DNA from: a virus
Lineage: Duplodnaviria > Caudoviricetes
IMG/VR virus record: IMGVR_UViG_3300026519_000002
Coordinates: 1 to 52,618 of that record
DNA length: 52,618 nt
Strand: one strand, 5' to 3'
The notes under the pieces were generated by a model, which worked only from the letters and a program-made list of their open reading frames with translations, was not told where the DNA came from and did not search any database. How positions within the stretch are numbered: the first letter of the stretch is position 1; the number at the start of each line of letters is the position of its first letter. Below, piece by piece: positions 8,811 to 19,227 of the stretch. Made by a program: the position numbers and the translations under genes.

Positions 8811-9553
8811 GGCTCTGCGGCTAGCTCCTTGCCCCCACCCGCAGGCCGGTAGCCGGACCACATCACGCCGCAGTTGTTGCTGTCACCCAAGACTCGCAGC
8901 ACGTGACCCCGGTCGACGAGGATGCGAACGCTGGGAAGATCCGCATCCAGCTCGAGGCGCCACACGATGCTGTCGACGTCGAGCACATCGACGAGCTCGA
9001 CAGTCATCCCCTCGCAGGTGCGCGACGAGCGCACCAACGTCATGACGACGAAAGGCCCAGGCGTCACGATGCTTCCGGGCGAGGCCATGCCGCCGTCGAG
9101 TTGGGCACGGTCGTTGCGGGGCGAGGTGGGCGACCGAGGTGGTCGCCTGTGATAAGGGTTCATCAGATCCGATGTTGATCCCATCGCCGAAGCCGCGACC
9201 GTGGACGACGCGGATGGTGCCGGCGTGGCTGGCGTGGACGCCGCCAATGCTTCGGCAACCACCATCAATGGTTCTGCGTACCTGTCCGCCCCCGGGATGT
9301 CCTGCAGCATCTTCACTGCGCTGGCAAAGGTCTGTAGCTGCTCCGGCGAGTTCTTCACGGCTGCCGCGGCGATGGTCTTCAGCCCCTTGGTGCGCTTACC
9401 CTCGACAACCTCGAGCACGCCCTCCGTCATCTGGCCGCAGGCCTGAAGCCCAGCGTTCTCGCACTGGGATTTCACGGGCGACTTGAGCACCATCGAGACC
9501 CCTCCGCACCCCACCACCAACACACCGAGCAGCATCACCCAAACTCGCGACAT
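8807..9553 (-). CDS. Lipoprotein (candidate superinfection exclusion or lysogenic conversion)
   Basis: Signal peptide with lipobox LVVGC; located in the immunity region. Confidence 0.65.
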   Translation of the reverse strand: MSRVWVMLLGVLVVGCGGVSMVLKSPVKSQCENAGLQACGQMTEGVLEVVEGKRTKGLKTIAAAAVKNSPEQLQTFASAVKMLQDIPGADRYAEPLMVVAEALAASTPATPAPSASSTVAASAMGSTSDLMNPYHRRPPRSPTSPRNDRAQLDGGMASPGSIVTPGPFVVMTLVRSSRTCEGMTVELVDVLDVDSIVWRLELDADLPSVRILVDRGHVLRVLGDSNNCGVMWSGYRPAGGGKELAAEP

Positions 9554-9592
9554 GGCTGCAATACTGGCGACCGCTCACCCCAAATTCAACTC

Positions 9593-9633
9593 TGACAGTT
9601 GACAGACCTGACAAGTGTGACCATAGTCAGGGC
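9593..9633 (+). promoter_or_regulatory. Rightward sigma70 promoter (leaderless) with overlapping operator
   Basis: TTGACA(9599-9604), 17-bp spacer, CATAGT(9622-9627), 6 nt, ATG 9634; TGAC-N4-GTCA at 9618-9629; TGACA occurs three times. Confidence 0.75.
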
Positions 9634-10140
9634 ATGGTCCTACGCCCCACCGACTACTGTGCTCCCCTAAGCAAGGTCCTCCACACTGCCAACGGCGAGT
9701 CCTTCACCTGCGCGAGCTGCGGCGCCACCGAGGGCGCCTTCGTCCGCTACGAGCAGCTGGGTGACCACTGCGAGCGCTGCGCGCTGAGCTGCTGCGGCTG
9801 CGGCGAGGCCACCGAAGCGCACGACCGCATGATGTGCGGCGACTGCCGCCCGCACCACGAGTTGACCGAGGACGCCGCCGGGCGCGTGTGCTGGGGGGTC
9901 AGGCCCGCTGCCATCAAGGTGCAGACCAAACGGGTTCGCATCGGCCGCGTGAGTGTGCGTCGTGACGTGCTGTCGCGCGCGCTGCAGGCGGCCGACCGCG
10001 CCGACACTCAGCTGCTCATGGAGCACGGCTGGGCGCCCTACGGGCGACACGGCTGGTGGCGAAAGGAACGGGTGGGGGCGAGCACTACGAAGGCGGGCGC
10101 CCTGGCGCAGGTGCGCGACGAGCTGCGGAGGTCGGGGTGA
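9634..10140 (+). CDS. Cys-rich (Zn-finger-like) early protein
   Basis: Four CxxC-type motifs; first gene after the rightward promoter. Confidence 0.6.
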   Translation: MVLRPTDYCAPLSKVLHTANGESFTCASCGATEGAFVRYEQLGDHCERCALSCCGCGEATEAHDRMMCGDCRPHHELTEDAAGRVCWGVRPAAIKVQTKRVRIGRVSVRRDVLSRALQAADRADTQLLMEHGWAPYGRHGWWRKERVGASTTKAGALAQVRDELRRSG

Positions 10141-10298
10141 TGGTCTGCACCATGGCAGCACAGGTGCCGGGCGGAAACTGGCAATGGCAGCGCTGGTGCT
10201 GCGGGGAGTGCGACGTCGTGGTCACCGACGTCGTGCGCCCCACCGTCTGCCCCCGCTGTTGCAACAGCGGTCGTGAGCTGTACCGGAGGGCCAGCTGA
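10140..10298 (+). CDS. Small Zn-ribbon protein (52 aa)
   Basis: CGEC...CPRC; TGATG-coupled on both sides. Confidence 0.5.
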   Translation: MVCTMAAQVPGGNWQWQRWCCGECDVVVTDVVRPTVCPRCCNSGRELYRRAS

Positions 10299-10573
10299 TG
10301 CGCGCCCTGCTCGACGCCAAGGCGGCCATCGACGCGGCGCTCGAGGCGCACAAGACGGCCACCCCCTTCGTGGGCAGCCATCTCGTCGAGGCGCGCCTGC
10401 TCATCGACGCGGCGATCCGTCGCGAGGCCGAGCTTCGCAAGAACAATCAGAGGCTACGGCGGGAGCTGATGCAGACCCGTCGCAAAGCGGCCGAGCTCGC
10501 CAAGGCGGGCCGGTCGGACGTGACGACCACAAGCGCCGAGCTGGTGGCGCACCTAAGACAGGAGACCCCATGA
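10298..10573 (+). CDS. Hypothetical coiled-coil protein
   Basis: Coupled starts and stops; GC3-rich codons. Confidence 0.6.
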   Translation: MRALLDAKAAIDAALEAHKTATPFVGSHLVEARLLIDAAIRREAELRKNNQRLRRELMQTRRKAAELAKAGRSDVTTTSAELVAHLRQETP

Positions 10574-10920
10574 TCTACGCGACCGAGAACGACCACCGTT
10601 ACCCGTCCCGGGTGTCCCACGAGGCGACCACCGAGCCACCGCCGTCGAGCGGTCGGGCCAAGCTGACCTTCATCCGCGACGAGCTCATGCTGGCCGCCCA
10701 TGCGGCCGGCATGCCGGGCAACGACGCGGCGCGCGCAGTCGCGAACGTCCTGCACGCGCTCATCCTGACCGTGCACGACGCGTGCGAGGCGCGCGAGTAC
10801 ATCGTGGGATCAAGCTATGCGTACGAGTTCGAGCACGGGCAGGCCATGCTCGATGCGCTCGAGGCGGCGTGCCGGCTGACCGCCGCTGAGCGGGTTCGTC
10901 GGCAAGGGGGTGGGTCGTGA
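10570..10920 (+). CDS. Hypothetical protein (116 aa)
   Basis: ATG 10570 (ATGA overlap, GGAG RBS). Confidence 0.55.
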   Translation: MIYATENDHRYPSRVSHEATTEPPPSSGRAKLTFIRDELMLAAHAAGMPGNDAARAVANVLHALILTVHDACEAREYIVGSSYAYEFEHGQAMLDALEAACRLTAAERVRRQGGGS

Positions 10921-12449
10921 CGACCGCCAGCCTTCCGATCGCCCACCTCGCCCCCTGCGGCTTCAACCTGCGGGATGAGGTGGGCGACGTCGGCGAGCTC
11001 ACGGCCACCATCCGTGAGCACGGCGTGCTTCAGGCGCTGGTGGTGCGTCCTGCCGGCGACGTCTACGAGGTCATCGTGGGTCACCGCCGCCTTGCCGCGG
11101 CGACGGAGGCAGGACTCGAGACCGTGCCCTGTCAGGTGCGCGAGCTCACCGACGAGCAGGCGATCCAGCTCATGCTCGTCGAGAACCTGCAGCGGGCCGA
11201 CATTGCCCCGCTCGACGAGGCGGACGGCTACTGGCGACTGCACCACGACGACAAGCTGAGCGTTGAGCAGATCGCCGGCAAGGTCGGCAAGAGCGCAAGC
11301 TACGTCCGCAAGCGGCTCAAGCTCAACGACCTGAGCGCCAAGGGTAAGAAGGCTCTGGCCGCCGGCGAGCTGCCCGTGGGCGCGGCGCTGCTGCTCGCGC
11401 GGATCCCGACGGCGAAGCTGCAGGACGAAGCGCTCGGCAGCATGCGCTCGACGGTCGAGGACCCGGTGCCGCTTCTTGAGGCGCGTCAGGCGACCCAGCG
11501 CTACCAGCTGCCGCTCGCCGGCGCGCCCTTCGACATCACCGCCAAGCTCCTCGCCAGGGCCGGCGCGTGCACGACCTGCGAGCACCGCACCGGCAACCAG
11601 AGCGAGCTGTTCGACGACGCCCCCAGCGCAGACCTGTGCACCAACCCGCCTTGCTACGACAAGAAGCGCGCCGCCGCGTGGAAGGCCCGAGCCGCCGAGC
11701 ACAAGGCTGCGGGCGGCAAGGTCCTGAGCAAGGACGAGGCGGCGAAGCTGTTCCTGTATGGGGGCTACCTCAACAACCGCGACTACGTCGAGCTCGATCG
11801 CCCACCCGGCTACAGCGATCTGCCCATCAACAGCAAAAAGAAGTGGAAGACTCTGCTGGGCAAGGACGCCAAGAGTGAGGTCGTCTTGGCCCAGGACAAG
11901 TCGGGCAACGTCCGCGAACTGATCCCCCGCAAGCGAGCCATCGCGTTGGCGAAGGCCAAGCACCCCGAGCTCGCCACCAAGCCCAAGAAGGCGAAGGCCG
12001 ACCCGGCCGAGGCGAAGCGCCGGCGTGAGGCCGCCATTCACCGCGCCGCGAGCCAGGCAGCCATCGCCGATCTCGTCGCAGCGGTGCAGGGCGACGGGGG
12101 CGAGATCGGCATCTCGACGTGGCGTCTGATTGCCGAGGCCTTCGCGGACGGCTCGTGGAGCGACACCATGCGCGACGTCCTCAAGCGCCGCGACATCAAG
12201 CCGGGGAGCGACGTTCGGGAGACCTTTCAGGTGCTCATCGACGCCGGGGGCGAGGACGACGCGCCGCTCGACACCGGCGAGCTGAGCGCGCTGGTCATCG
12301 AGCTCATCGTCACGCGCAATCTCTACAACACGTGGGGGGACAACCCCGCAAAGCGCCTCGAGCAGGCCTGCGATCTCTACGGTGTGGATCTCGCGCAGCA
12401 TCGCAAGGCCGCCGCGAAACGCGAGACCAAGAGCAAGAAGGGGGCGTGA
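10917..12449 (+). CDS. parB: ParB/Spo0J family protein with C-terminal extension
   Basis: GVLQALVVRP, IVGHRRLAA, ENLQRADI, HTH; later CxxC...C...C motif. Confidence 0.9.
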   Translation: MTTASLPIAHLAPCGFNLRDEVGDVGELTATIREHGVLQALVVRPAGDVYEVIVGHRRLAAATEAGLETVPCQVRELTDEQAIQLMLVENLQRADIAPLDEADGYWRLHHDDKLSVEQIAGKVGKSASYVRKRLKLNDLSAKGKKALAAGELPVGAALLLARIPTAKLQDEALGSMRSTVEDPVPLLEARQATQRYQLPLAGAPFDITAKLLARAGACTTCEHRTGNQSELFDDAPSADLCTNPPCYDKKRAAAWKARAAEHKAAGGKVLSKDEAAKLFLYGGYLNNRDYVELDRPPGYSDLPINSKKKWKTLLGKDAKSEVVLAQDKSGNVRELIPRKRAIALAKAKHPELATKPKKAKADPAEAKRRREAAIHRAASQAAIADLVAAVQGDGGEIGISTWRLIAEAFADGSWSDTMRDVLKRRDIKPGSDVRETFQVLIDAGGEDDAPLDTGELSALVIELIVTRNLYNTWGDNPAKRLEQACDLYGVDLAQHRKAAAKRETKSKKGA

Positions 12450-12721
12450 TGTACGACACTTGGCTCACCGACTGGGGGCGCTGTGGTGCGCCCGACGACG
12501 TGCCGGAGTGCCCGTGTTGTGGGGGCGAGACAACCGACCTCAAGGGGGCGGACGACGATGGTGTTGTCTTCGTCATCGTGCAGCTGTGTGCGGTGTGCGA
12601 CTGCTGCGGCTGTGAGCGCGACGGCAGCCACCCGCGGCACGTCTGTGCGTCGTGCGGCGGTGACGCCACATGGGTGCAGGTCTGGTCGGACCACGACCAG
12701 ACGGAATTGGAGGCAGCGTGA
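12449..12721 (+). CDS. Cys-rich small protein (90 aa)
   Basis: CPCC, CAVC, CCGC, CASC; TGATG-coupled. Confidence 0.55.
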   Translation: MYDTWLTDWGRCGAPDDVPECPCCGGETTDLKGADDDGVVFVIVQLCAVCDCCGCERDGSHPRHVCASCGGDATWVQVWSDHDQTELEAA

Positions 12722-13473
12722 TGGAGACCACGGAACGACAGAGCAAGCTCGCGATCGCGCTGGTAGAGGCGCAGAAGAAGACGCGAGCGTTGGCGAAGGA
12801 CGCGGAGAACCGCCACCATCGCTACTACTACACGTCCTCGGAGTACATGATAGAGGCGTGCCGGGCCACGCTGAGCCAGTGCGGCTTGAGCTTGTCGCTC
12901 GAGGAGTGGACGTTCGAGCCGGGCGAAGCGAAGGGGGTCGGTGGCAAGGACGCCATCGGGCGCGTGCAGCTCACCTACTGCCTGCTGCACACCTCGGGCG
13001 AGTCGCGGCCCATCCGGACGAGCACCTTCGTGTGCCCGGAGAAGGGGCGCCCGCCGGACAAGGCGGAGTTCGCAGCGATGACCGAGAACCTGGCCTACAC
13101 GCTGCGGTCGGTGCTCCTCGTGCCTCGCAACGACGATCTTGCCGAGGACATCTCTGGGCGCGATGACAGCGATTACGAGCCGCGCCGGTCCGACCCGACG
13201 CCACCTCGCCAGAGCGAGCCGCGACGACTCGACGAGGTGCTCGATGGTGACGACATCCCCGACTCGTCGGGCGATCAGCTGGCCGACGAGTTCATCCAGG
13301 AGATCCGCCGGCTCGGCGAGCTTGAGCCGTCGCAAGAGGTGCTGGCCAAGCTCGAGCGACTTCCGCCTGAGATCAAGGGCCTCAACTTCGCTCGTCCCAC
13401 CTACCTCCGGATCGTGAAGATCTACAACCCGATCATGAAGGACGTGCGCGAAGCACTGGGCGTGCCGGCGTGA
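12721..13473 (+). CDS. ERF-family single-strand annealing protein
   Basis: LAIALVEAQK...KDAEN....YYY, HTSGE and AMT...YTL patterns; next to an exonuclease and SSB. Confidence 0.7.
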   Translation: METTERQSKLAIALVEAQKKTRALAKDAENRHHRYYYTSSEYMIEACRATLSQCGLSLSLEEWTFEPGEAKGVGGKDAIGRVQLTYCLLHTSGESRPIRTSTFVCPEKGRPPDKAEFAAMTENLAYTLRSVLLVPRNDDLAEDISGRDDSDYEPRRSDPTPPRQSEPRRLDEVLDGDDIPDSSGDQLADEFIQEIRRLGELEPSQEVLAKLERLPPEIKGLNFARPTYLRIVKIYNPIMKDVREALGVPA

Positions 13474-14690
13474 CCACCATGTTCCTCCCGACCTTCAGCC
13501 GCCTCGACGTGGCCGCGCGCTGCGTCTACCCCTGGACCAGCCGTCAGCGCTGGCCCAAGCAACCTCCAAACGCGTTCCGAGGGGTCGGCTCGGCGGTGTC
13601 GTCGGTCGCCGAGTGCCTGGCGGTATGGGGGGACGCCCCCATCGATGCGATTGCCGAGGCGCAGGGGCTCACGCCCAGCGACACCACCAAGCTCGGTCAG
13701 ATGGCCGTCCACCTGCGGGAGCTGATCGAGGACGAAGCGACGAGAACCTCGTGGCGCGTCGCGGAGCAGGCGCTCGCCTACGACCTGCGAGCAGGCACCG
13801 CGCGGGAGCTACGTCAGGCGCACCCGCGGGACTACTCCGACCGCAAGCCCCACGAGATGAGCGGCACACCCGACCTGGTGTTCGTTCGCGATGGCGCGCT
13901 CGTGGTGCGGGACTACAAGACTGGTCGGTACACCTGGGGGAAGAACCCCGCCGAGTCGCGCCAGCTGCGGGCCCTCGGCCTCTGTGCGGCGCGTGCCTAT
14001 GGCTTCCACGAGGTCACCCTGGAGCTCGTCCAGGTGGACGCCGACGGCGTCCGTGCACGCCCCGAGCCCCTCGACGCCTTCGAGCTCGCGCTCTGTGCCG
14101 ACGAGCTCTGTGGCATTCACGACCGCATTGCCTACGAGGGGGAGCGTCCTCCGCCGAATCCGGGGCACTGGTGCGACTCGGCCTACTGCCCATTGGCCGC
14201 AACGTGTCCCGCGACGACGAAGGCGCTGGCGACGGTGGCGAAGGTCTCCGATCTGGAATATCCGCTCACGGACGAGATCACGTCTCCCGAGCATGCCGCC
14301 TACCTCCTCGAGCGCCTGGCGGTGGCGAAGACAGCCATCGAGACGATCCGCCATGCCGTCAAGGAGTACGCGCGCGAGCACGGCCCGGTGCCCCTGAACA
14401 ACGACAAGCTCTATGGCGTGGTGCTCCACGATGGACGGGAGCGCTTCGACCTGTCGGTGGACGGCGCGCTCGAAGCGATCCGGAAGCACCTCGGTCCCTT
14501 CGCCGCGGCTGCAGCCGTCTCGAGCAAGACGAGCAAGACGGCAATCGAGGTGGCCGCGAAGGCCGAGCAGACCAAGCGTGGCCAGGGGGTGCGGCGAGCG
14601 CGTGCGCTCATGGACGAGCTGCGCGAGCTCGGGGCGCTCAAGCGTGGCGCCCCCTACGAAACGATCGAAGCGTTCACGCCCAAGGGGTGA
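13470..14690 (+). CDS. PD-(D/E)XK (Cas4/RecB-like) exonuclease
   Basis: GTPDLV...VRDYKTG, QL..L and C-terminal WC...YCP....C cluster. Confidence 0.85.
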   Translation: MTTMFLPTFSRLDVAARCVYPWTSRQRWPKQPPNAFRGVGSAVSSVAECLAVWGDAPIDAIAEAQGLTPSDTTKLGQMAVHLRELIEDEATRTSWRVAEQALAYDLRAGTARELRQAHPRDYSDRKPHEMSGTPDLVFVRDGALVVRDYKTGRYTWGKNPAESRQLRALGLCAARAYGFHEVTLELVQVDADGVRARPEPLDAFELALCADELCGIHDRIAYEGERPPPNPGHWCDSAYCPLAATCPATTKALATVAKVSDLEYPLTDEITSPEHAAYLLERLAVAKTAIETIRHAVKEYAREHGPVPLNNDKLYGVVLHDGRERFDLSVDGALEAIRKHLGPFAAAAAVSSKTSKTAIEVAAKAEQTKRGQGVRRARALMDELRELGALKRGAPYETIEAFTPKG

Positions 14691-14717
14691 GCTTCGCGAA
14701 CAACGATTGAGGACAAA

Positions 14718-15197
14718 ATGGCAAACGGATTGAACGAAGTCTACTTGATGGGCAACCTTGGCGATGACCCCGAGCTGCGGTTCACCCAAGGCGGCACCGG
14801 GGTGCTCAACCTCCGGCTCGCGACCAACGAACGCATCAAGCGCGACGGCGAGTGGGAAGACCACACGGAGTGGCACAACGTGGTGGTGTGGGGGAAGCGA
14901 GGTGAGAGCCTAGGCATGATCCTCGTCAAGGGCAGCAGGGTGCTCATCAAGGGCAACCTCCGGACCTCAAGCTACGAGGGCAAGGATGGCGTGAAGCGGT
15001 ACAAGACCGAGATCCACGCCCGAGAGGTGGTCCTCACAGGCGACGGCGGTGGACGGAGCGATCGGGGGCGCGACGACGACCGCCGCGATCGCCGCCGGGA
15101 CCGCGACAGCGACCGTGGGCGCCGTCGTGACGATCGGGGGCGGGATCGGGATCGAGACCGGGGACGCGGGCGTGACCGCGACGAGGACTTCCGGTGA
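14718..15197 (+). CDS. ssb: Single-stranded DNA-binding protein with an RD-rich tail
   Basis: LNEVYLMGNLGDDPELRFT...TEWHNVVVWGK...KG.RV.I.G.LRT. Confidence 0.95.
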   Translation: MANGLNEVYLMGNLGDDPELRFTQGGTGVLNLRLATNERIKRDGEWEDHTEWHNVVVWGKRGESLGMILVKGSRVLIKGNLRTSSYEGKDGVKRYKTEIHAREVVLTGDGGGRSDRGRDDDRRDRRRDRDSDRGRRRDDRGRDRDRDRGRGRDRDEDFR

Positions 15198-16525
15198 GCA
15201 CCACCATCGTCCGCCTCGAGGCGCAGAACGTGATGCGCCTGCGCGCCGTGCGCATCGACGCCGATGGCAAGCCCGTCATCGTCGTCGGCGGCAAGAACGG
15301 CAACGGCAAGTCGAGCGTGCTGCGCTCGATCGAGATGGCGCTCGGGGGCAAACGGGCCATGCCCCCGAAGCCAATCCGCGACGGCGAGCGACGCGCAGAG
15401 GTGACCGTCCAGCTGAGCAACGGCATGATCGTTACCCGGACGATCGACGCTGCCGGCGGCACCAAGCTCGTCGTCACCGACGCCGAAGGGGGCAAGGTCC
15501 GTTCGCCCCAGGCGGTGCTCGACAAGATGTTCCGCACGCTGGCGATCGATCCGCTGGCCATGTCTCGTATGCGGCCCGCCGAGCAAGCAGCCATTCTGCG
15601 GGAGATCGCCGGCGTCGACACCACCGAGCTCGACGGCCGGCGCCAAGCTACCTTCGACCAGCGTACCGACGTCAACCGCGAAGTGAAGCGGCTCAAGGCT
15701 CAGCTCGACGCCGCGCCGCACCACCCCGACGCCCCGGCCGAGGAGGTGAGCATGGCCGAGCTCGCGTCCGAGCTCGAGCTGGCCAGCGAGCAAAATCGCG
15801 ATGTGCGGTCGAAGCAAGACAACCTCGAGGATGCCCGACGCGAGTTGGACGAGGCCGAGGACGAGGTGGCACGTCTCGAAACGGAGCTGCAGCGGGCCCG
15901 GAAGCGTCGGACTGTGGCCGCTGACGATCTGGCACGTGCTCAGCAAGCCGCCGCCGCGGCCGAGCTCGTCGATATCACCCCAATCCGCGAGCGCATGCGG
16001 ACGGCCGAGGCCACCAACGCCAAGGTGCGTGACAACGCCGCGCGCCAGAAGCTCCTCGAGGAGCATCGCGAAGCGCAGCGCCGTGCCGACGCGCTCTCCG
16101 ACGAGCTCGATGTCATCGACGAGGCGCGCGCCGCCATGTTGGCCGCGGCCAAGCTCCCCATCCAGGGGCTCGGCTTCGACGGTGAGGGCGTGACGCTCGA
16201 CGGCGTGCCGCTCGAGCAGGCTAGCCAGGCGCAGCAGCTCCGGCTCTGGACCGCAGTCGGGTTCCGACAGAACCCCGAGCTCAAAGTGCTGCTCGTCCGG
16301 TCGGGCTCGGACCTCGACGAGGACAGCTTGCGGCTGCTGGGCGAGCTCGCCGCGGCAGAAGGGGGCGAGGTCTGGCTCGAGCGCGTGAGCACCGGGCAGG
16401 AGTGCTCCGTGGTCATTGAGGACGGGATGGTGCGGGCGGTCGCGGAGGCTGACACCGACCCGCCGCCGTCGACGGACCGGGCGCCGGCCCTAGCAGCCGT
16501 CGAGGAAAAGCTCGACTTCGTGTGA
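15194..16525 (+). CDS. SMC/Rad50-like AAA ATPase (coiled coil)
   Basis: GKNGNGKSS Walker A, long coiled coil, degenerate signature and Walker B (SQAQQ; SDLDED). Confidence 0.8.
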   Translation: MSTTIVRLEAQNVMRLRAVRIDADGKPVIVVGGKNGNGKSSVLRSIEMALGGKRAMPPKPIRDGERRAEVTVQLSNGMIVTRTIDAAGGTKLVVTDAEGGKVRSPQAVLDKMFRTLAIDPLAMSRMRPAEQAAILREIAGVDTTELDGRRQATFDQRTDVNREVKRLKAQLDAAPHHPDAPAEEVSMAELASELELASEQNRDVRSKQDNLEDARRELDEAEDEVARLETELQRARKRRTVAADDLARAQQAAAAAELVDITPIRERMRTAEATNAKVRDNAARQKLLEEHREAQRRADALSDELDVIDEARAAMLAAAKLPIQGLGFDGEGVTLDGVPLEQASQAQQLRLWTAVGFRQNPELKVLLVRSGSDLDEDSLRLLGELAAAEGGEVWLERVSTGQECSVVIEDGMVRAVAEADTDPPPSTDRAPALAAVEEKLDFV

Positions 16526-16542
16526 GGTGATGTGTCGAAGCT

Positions 16543-16851
16543 ATGACGGATTCTAGGAGACCCACGGCCAACGACTCGCTCGTGGCGCGTGCAGAGATGC
16601 GCTTAGCGCAGCTTGACCGCGCTACCGGAGGACGACAGATGACCCAGAAGAAGGGCGAAGCTCTCGAGCTTCTCGATGCCTTCGTCGAAGAGGGCAGGAT
16701 ACGAGGGCTCACCGGTGAGGAAATCCTCGAAGAGGCGATCTGGCGAGGGCTGCTCAAGATCGCCGACTGCCGCGAATGCGAGGGGGAAGGCTGCTCGATG
16801 TGCGTTGGATACGGTGTCATATTCCTCGTGACAGCATGGGTTGAGCAATGA
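16543..16851 (+). CDS. Hypothetical protein with DnaJ-type CxxCxGxG motif
   Basis: CRECEGEGCSMCVGYG; locally lower GC. Confidence 0.5.
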   Translation: MTDSRRPTANDSLVARAEMRLAQLDRATGGRQMTQKKGEALELLDAFVEEGRIRGLTGEEILEEAIWRGLLKIADCRECEGEGCSMCVGYGVIFLVTAWVEQ

Positions 16852-17354
16852 GCCGACGACTGCCGACATGCGCGTGGTGCGGCGAGCGGCTGAGTGGCGC
16901 GCAAGTTCGGATAGCCTTCCGTGGCCTGCCAGGCGCTCCGGAAGTAGGCTGGCACACTGAACGCGTGGATCGACGACGAGGCCCGAGGAAGGAGTGCTGC
17001 TGTGACATGGACCCGGTATTTGAGGCAATCGCCAGCCGCGACACGCGGGACCCCATCGAGACGGAGAGGCACCTCCGCACGATCCAGTCGCGCGGCGATG
17101 ACCGCGTGTCAGCGCGTAGAGCATGGTGCGACCATCTACAGCTGTCAGACGTTCCTCTGTGGAGCGAGATGTCCGGGATCAGCTGCATCGTCATGCGCGT
17201 TGAGGGGGGCTGGATCACGACCGCTTGCGGCCATTGGCGCACGGGTAATACGACAACCAGCGTGCCACGCAGACGCTGTCGCGCGTGCGTTGGAAGGCTG
17301 CACCGCGGCGAGCTGGTACCTGCCCGCAAGGACACGACGGAGGCCACCGCATGA
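16848..17354 (+). CDS. Cys-rich hypothetical protein
   Basis: CAWCG, TACG, CRAC; ATGA-coupled. Confidence 0.5.
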   Translation: MSRRLPTCAWCGERLSGAQVRIAFRGLPGAPEVGWHTERVDRRRGPRKECCCDMDPVFEAIASRDTRDPIETERHLRTIQSRGDDRVSARRAWCDHLQLSDVPLWSEMSGISCIVMRVEGGWITTACGHWRTGNTTTSVPRRRCRACVGRLHRGELVPARKDTTEATA

Positions 17355-17554
17355 CCCCCTCCCCCCGCCTCATCCGCCTGCTGCGCGAGGGTATCCGCGT
17401 GCTCGACGAGCTCGCCGACGAGCTTGAGCAGGAGATCCCACAGCCCCCGGCGCCTCGCCCGCGCAAACCCCGCCGCCGTGGCCCCATGCCGGCGCGGGTG
17501 AACGCACCCACGGAGCTGCAGGCGGCGCGGGCAGCCCAGCTGCTCGACGATTGA
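17351..17554 (+). CDS. Small basic protein upstream of integrase (candidate excisionase/RDF)
   Basis: 67 aa, ATGA-coupled, RPRKPRRR basic patch; position only, no clear HTH. Confidence 0.4.
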   Translation: MTPSPRLIRLLREGIRVLDELADELEQEIPQPPAPRPRKPRRRGPMPARVNAPTELQAARAAQLLDD

Positions 17555-17563
17555 AGTAGCGTC

Positions 17564-18970
<1,407 letters not shown>

Positions 18971-19099
18971 CCAAGCCCGACAGCCTGCCCGTCGTGTGGT
19001 GCACCGACCTGAAGCTGCCTTGCGATGTGCATCGATTGTGGAGCAGCCGAGAGTCACCAGGTCGAGTGCCTTCGGAGTAGCCGCGGTCTCTCGACCTGA

Positions 19100-19204
19100 T
19101 ACCCACGGAGCTGGCGCAGTATCCACTACATAGTGGAGGCAGTGCTCCCGCAGGCTGCCGCGCGCGCCGGCATGCGGGCGATCGGTTTCGAGCTCGAGCC
19201 CTAG
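19100..19204 (+). pseudogene. Decayed remnant resembling the C-terminus of an N4/N6 DNA methyltransferase
   Basis: AAARAGMRAIGFELEP* resembles the post-motif-I AA..GR..IG.EL pattern; broken frames upstream. Confidence 0.35.
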
Positions 19205-19227
19205 AATCCGAGTTCTACGGTGCGGCC

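Noticed and set aside
13470-14690. Cas4 as part of a CRISPR system
   Set aside because: Context (ERF, SSB) indicates a recombination exonuclease.
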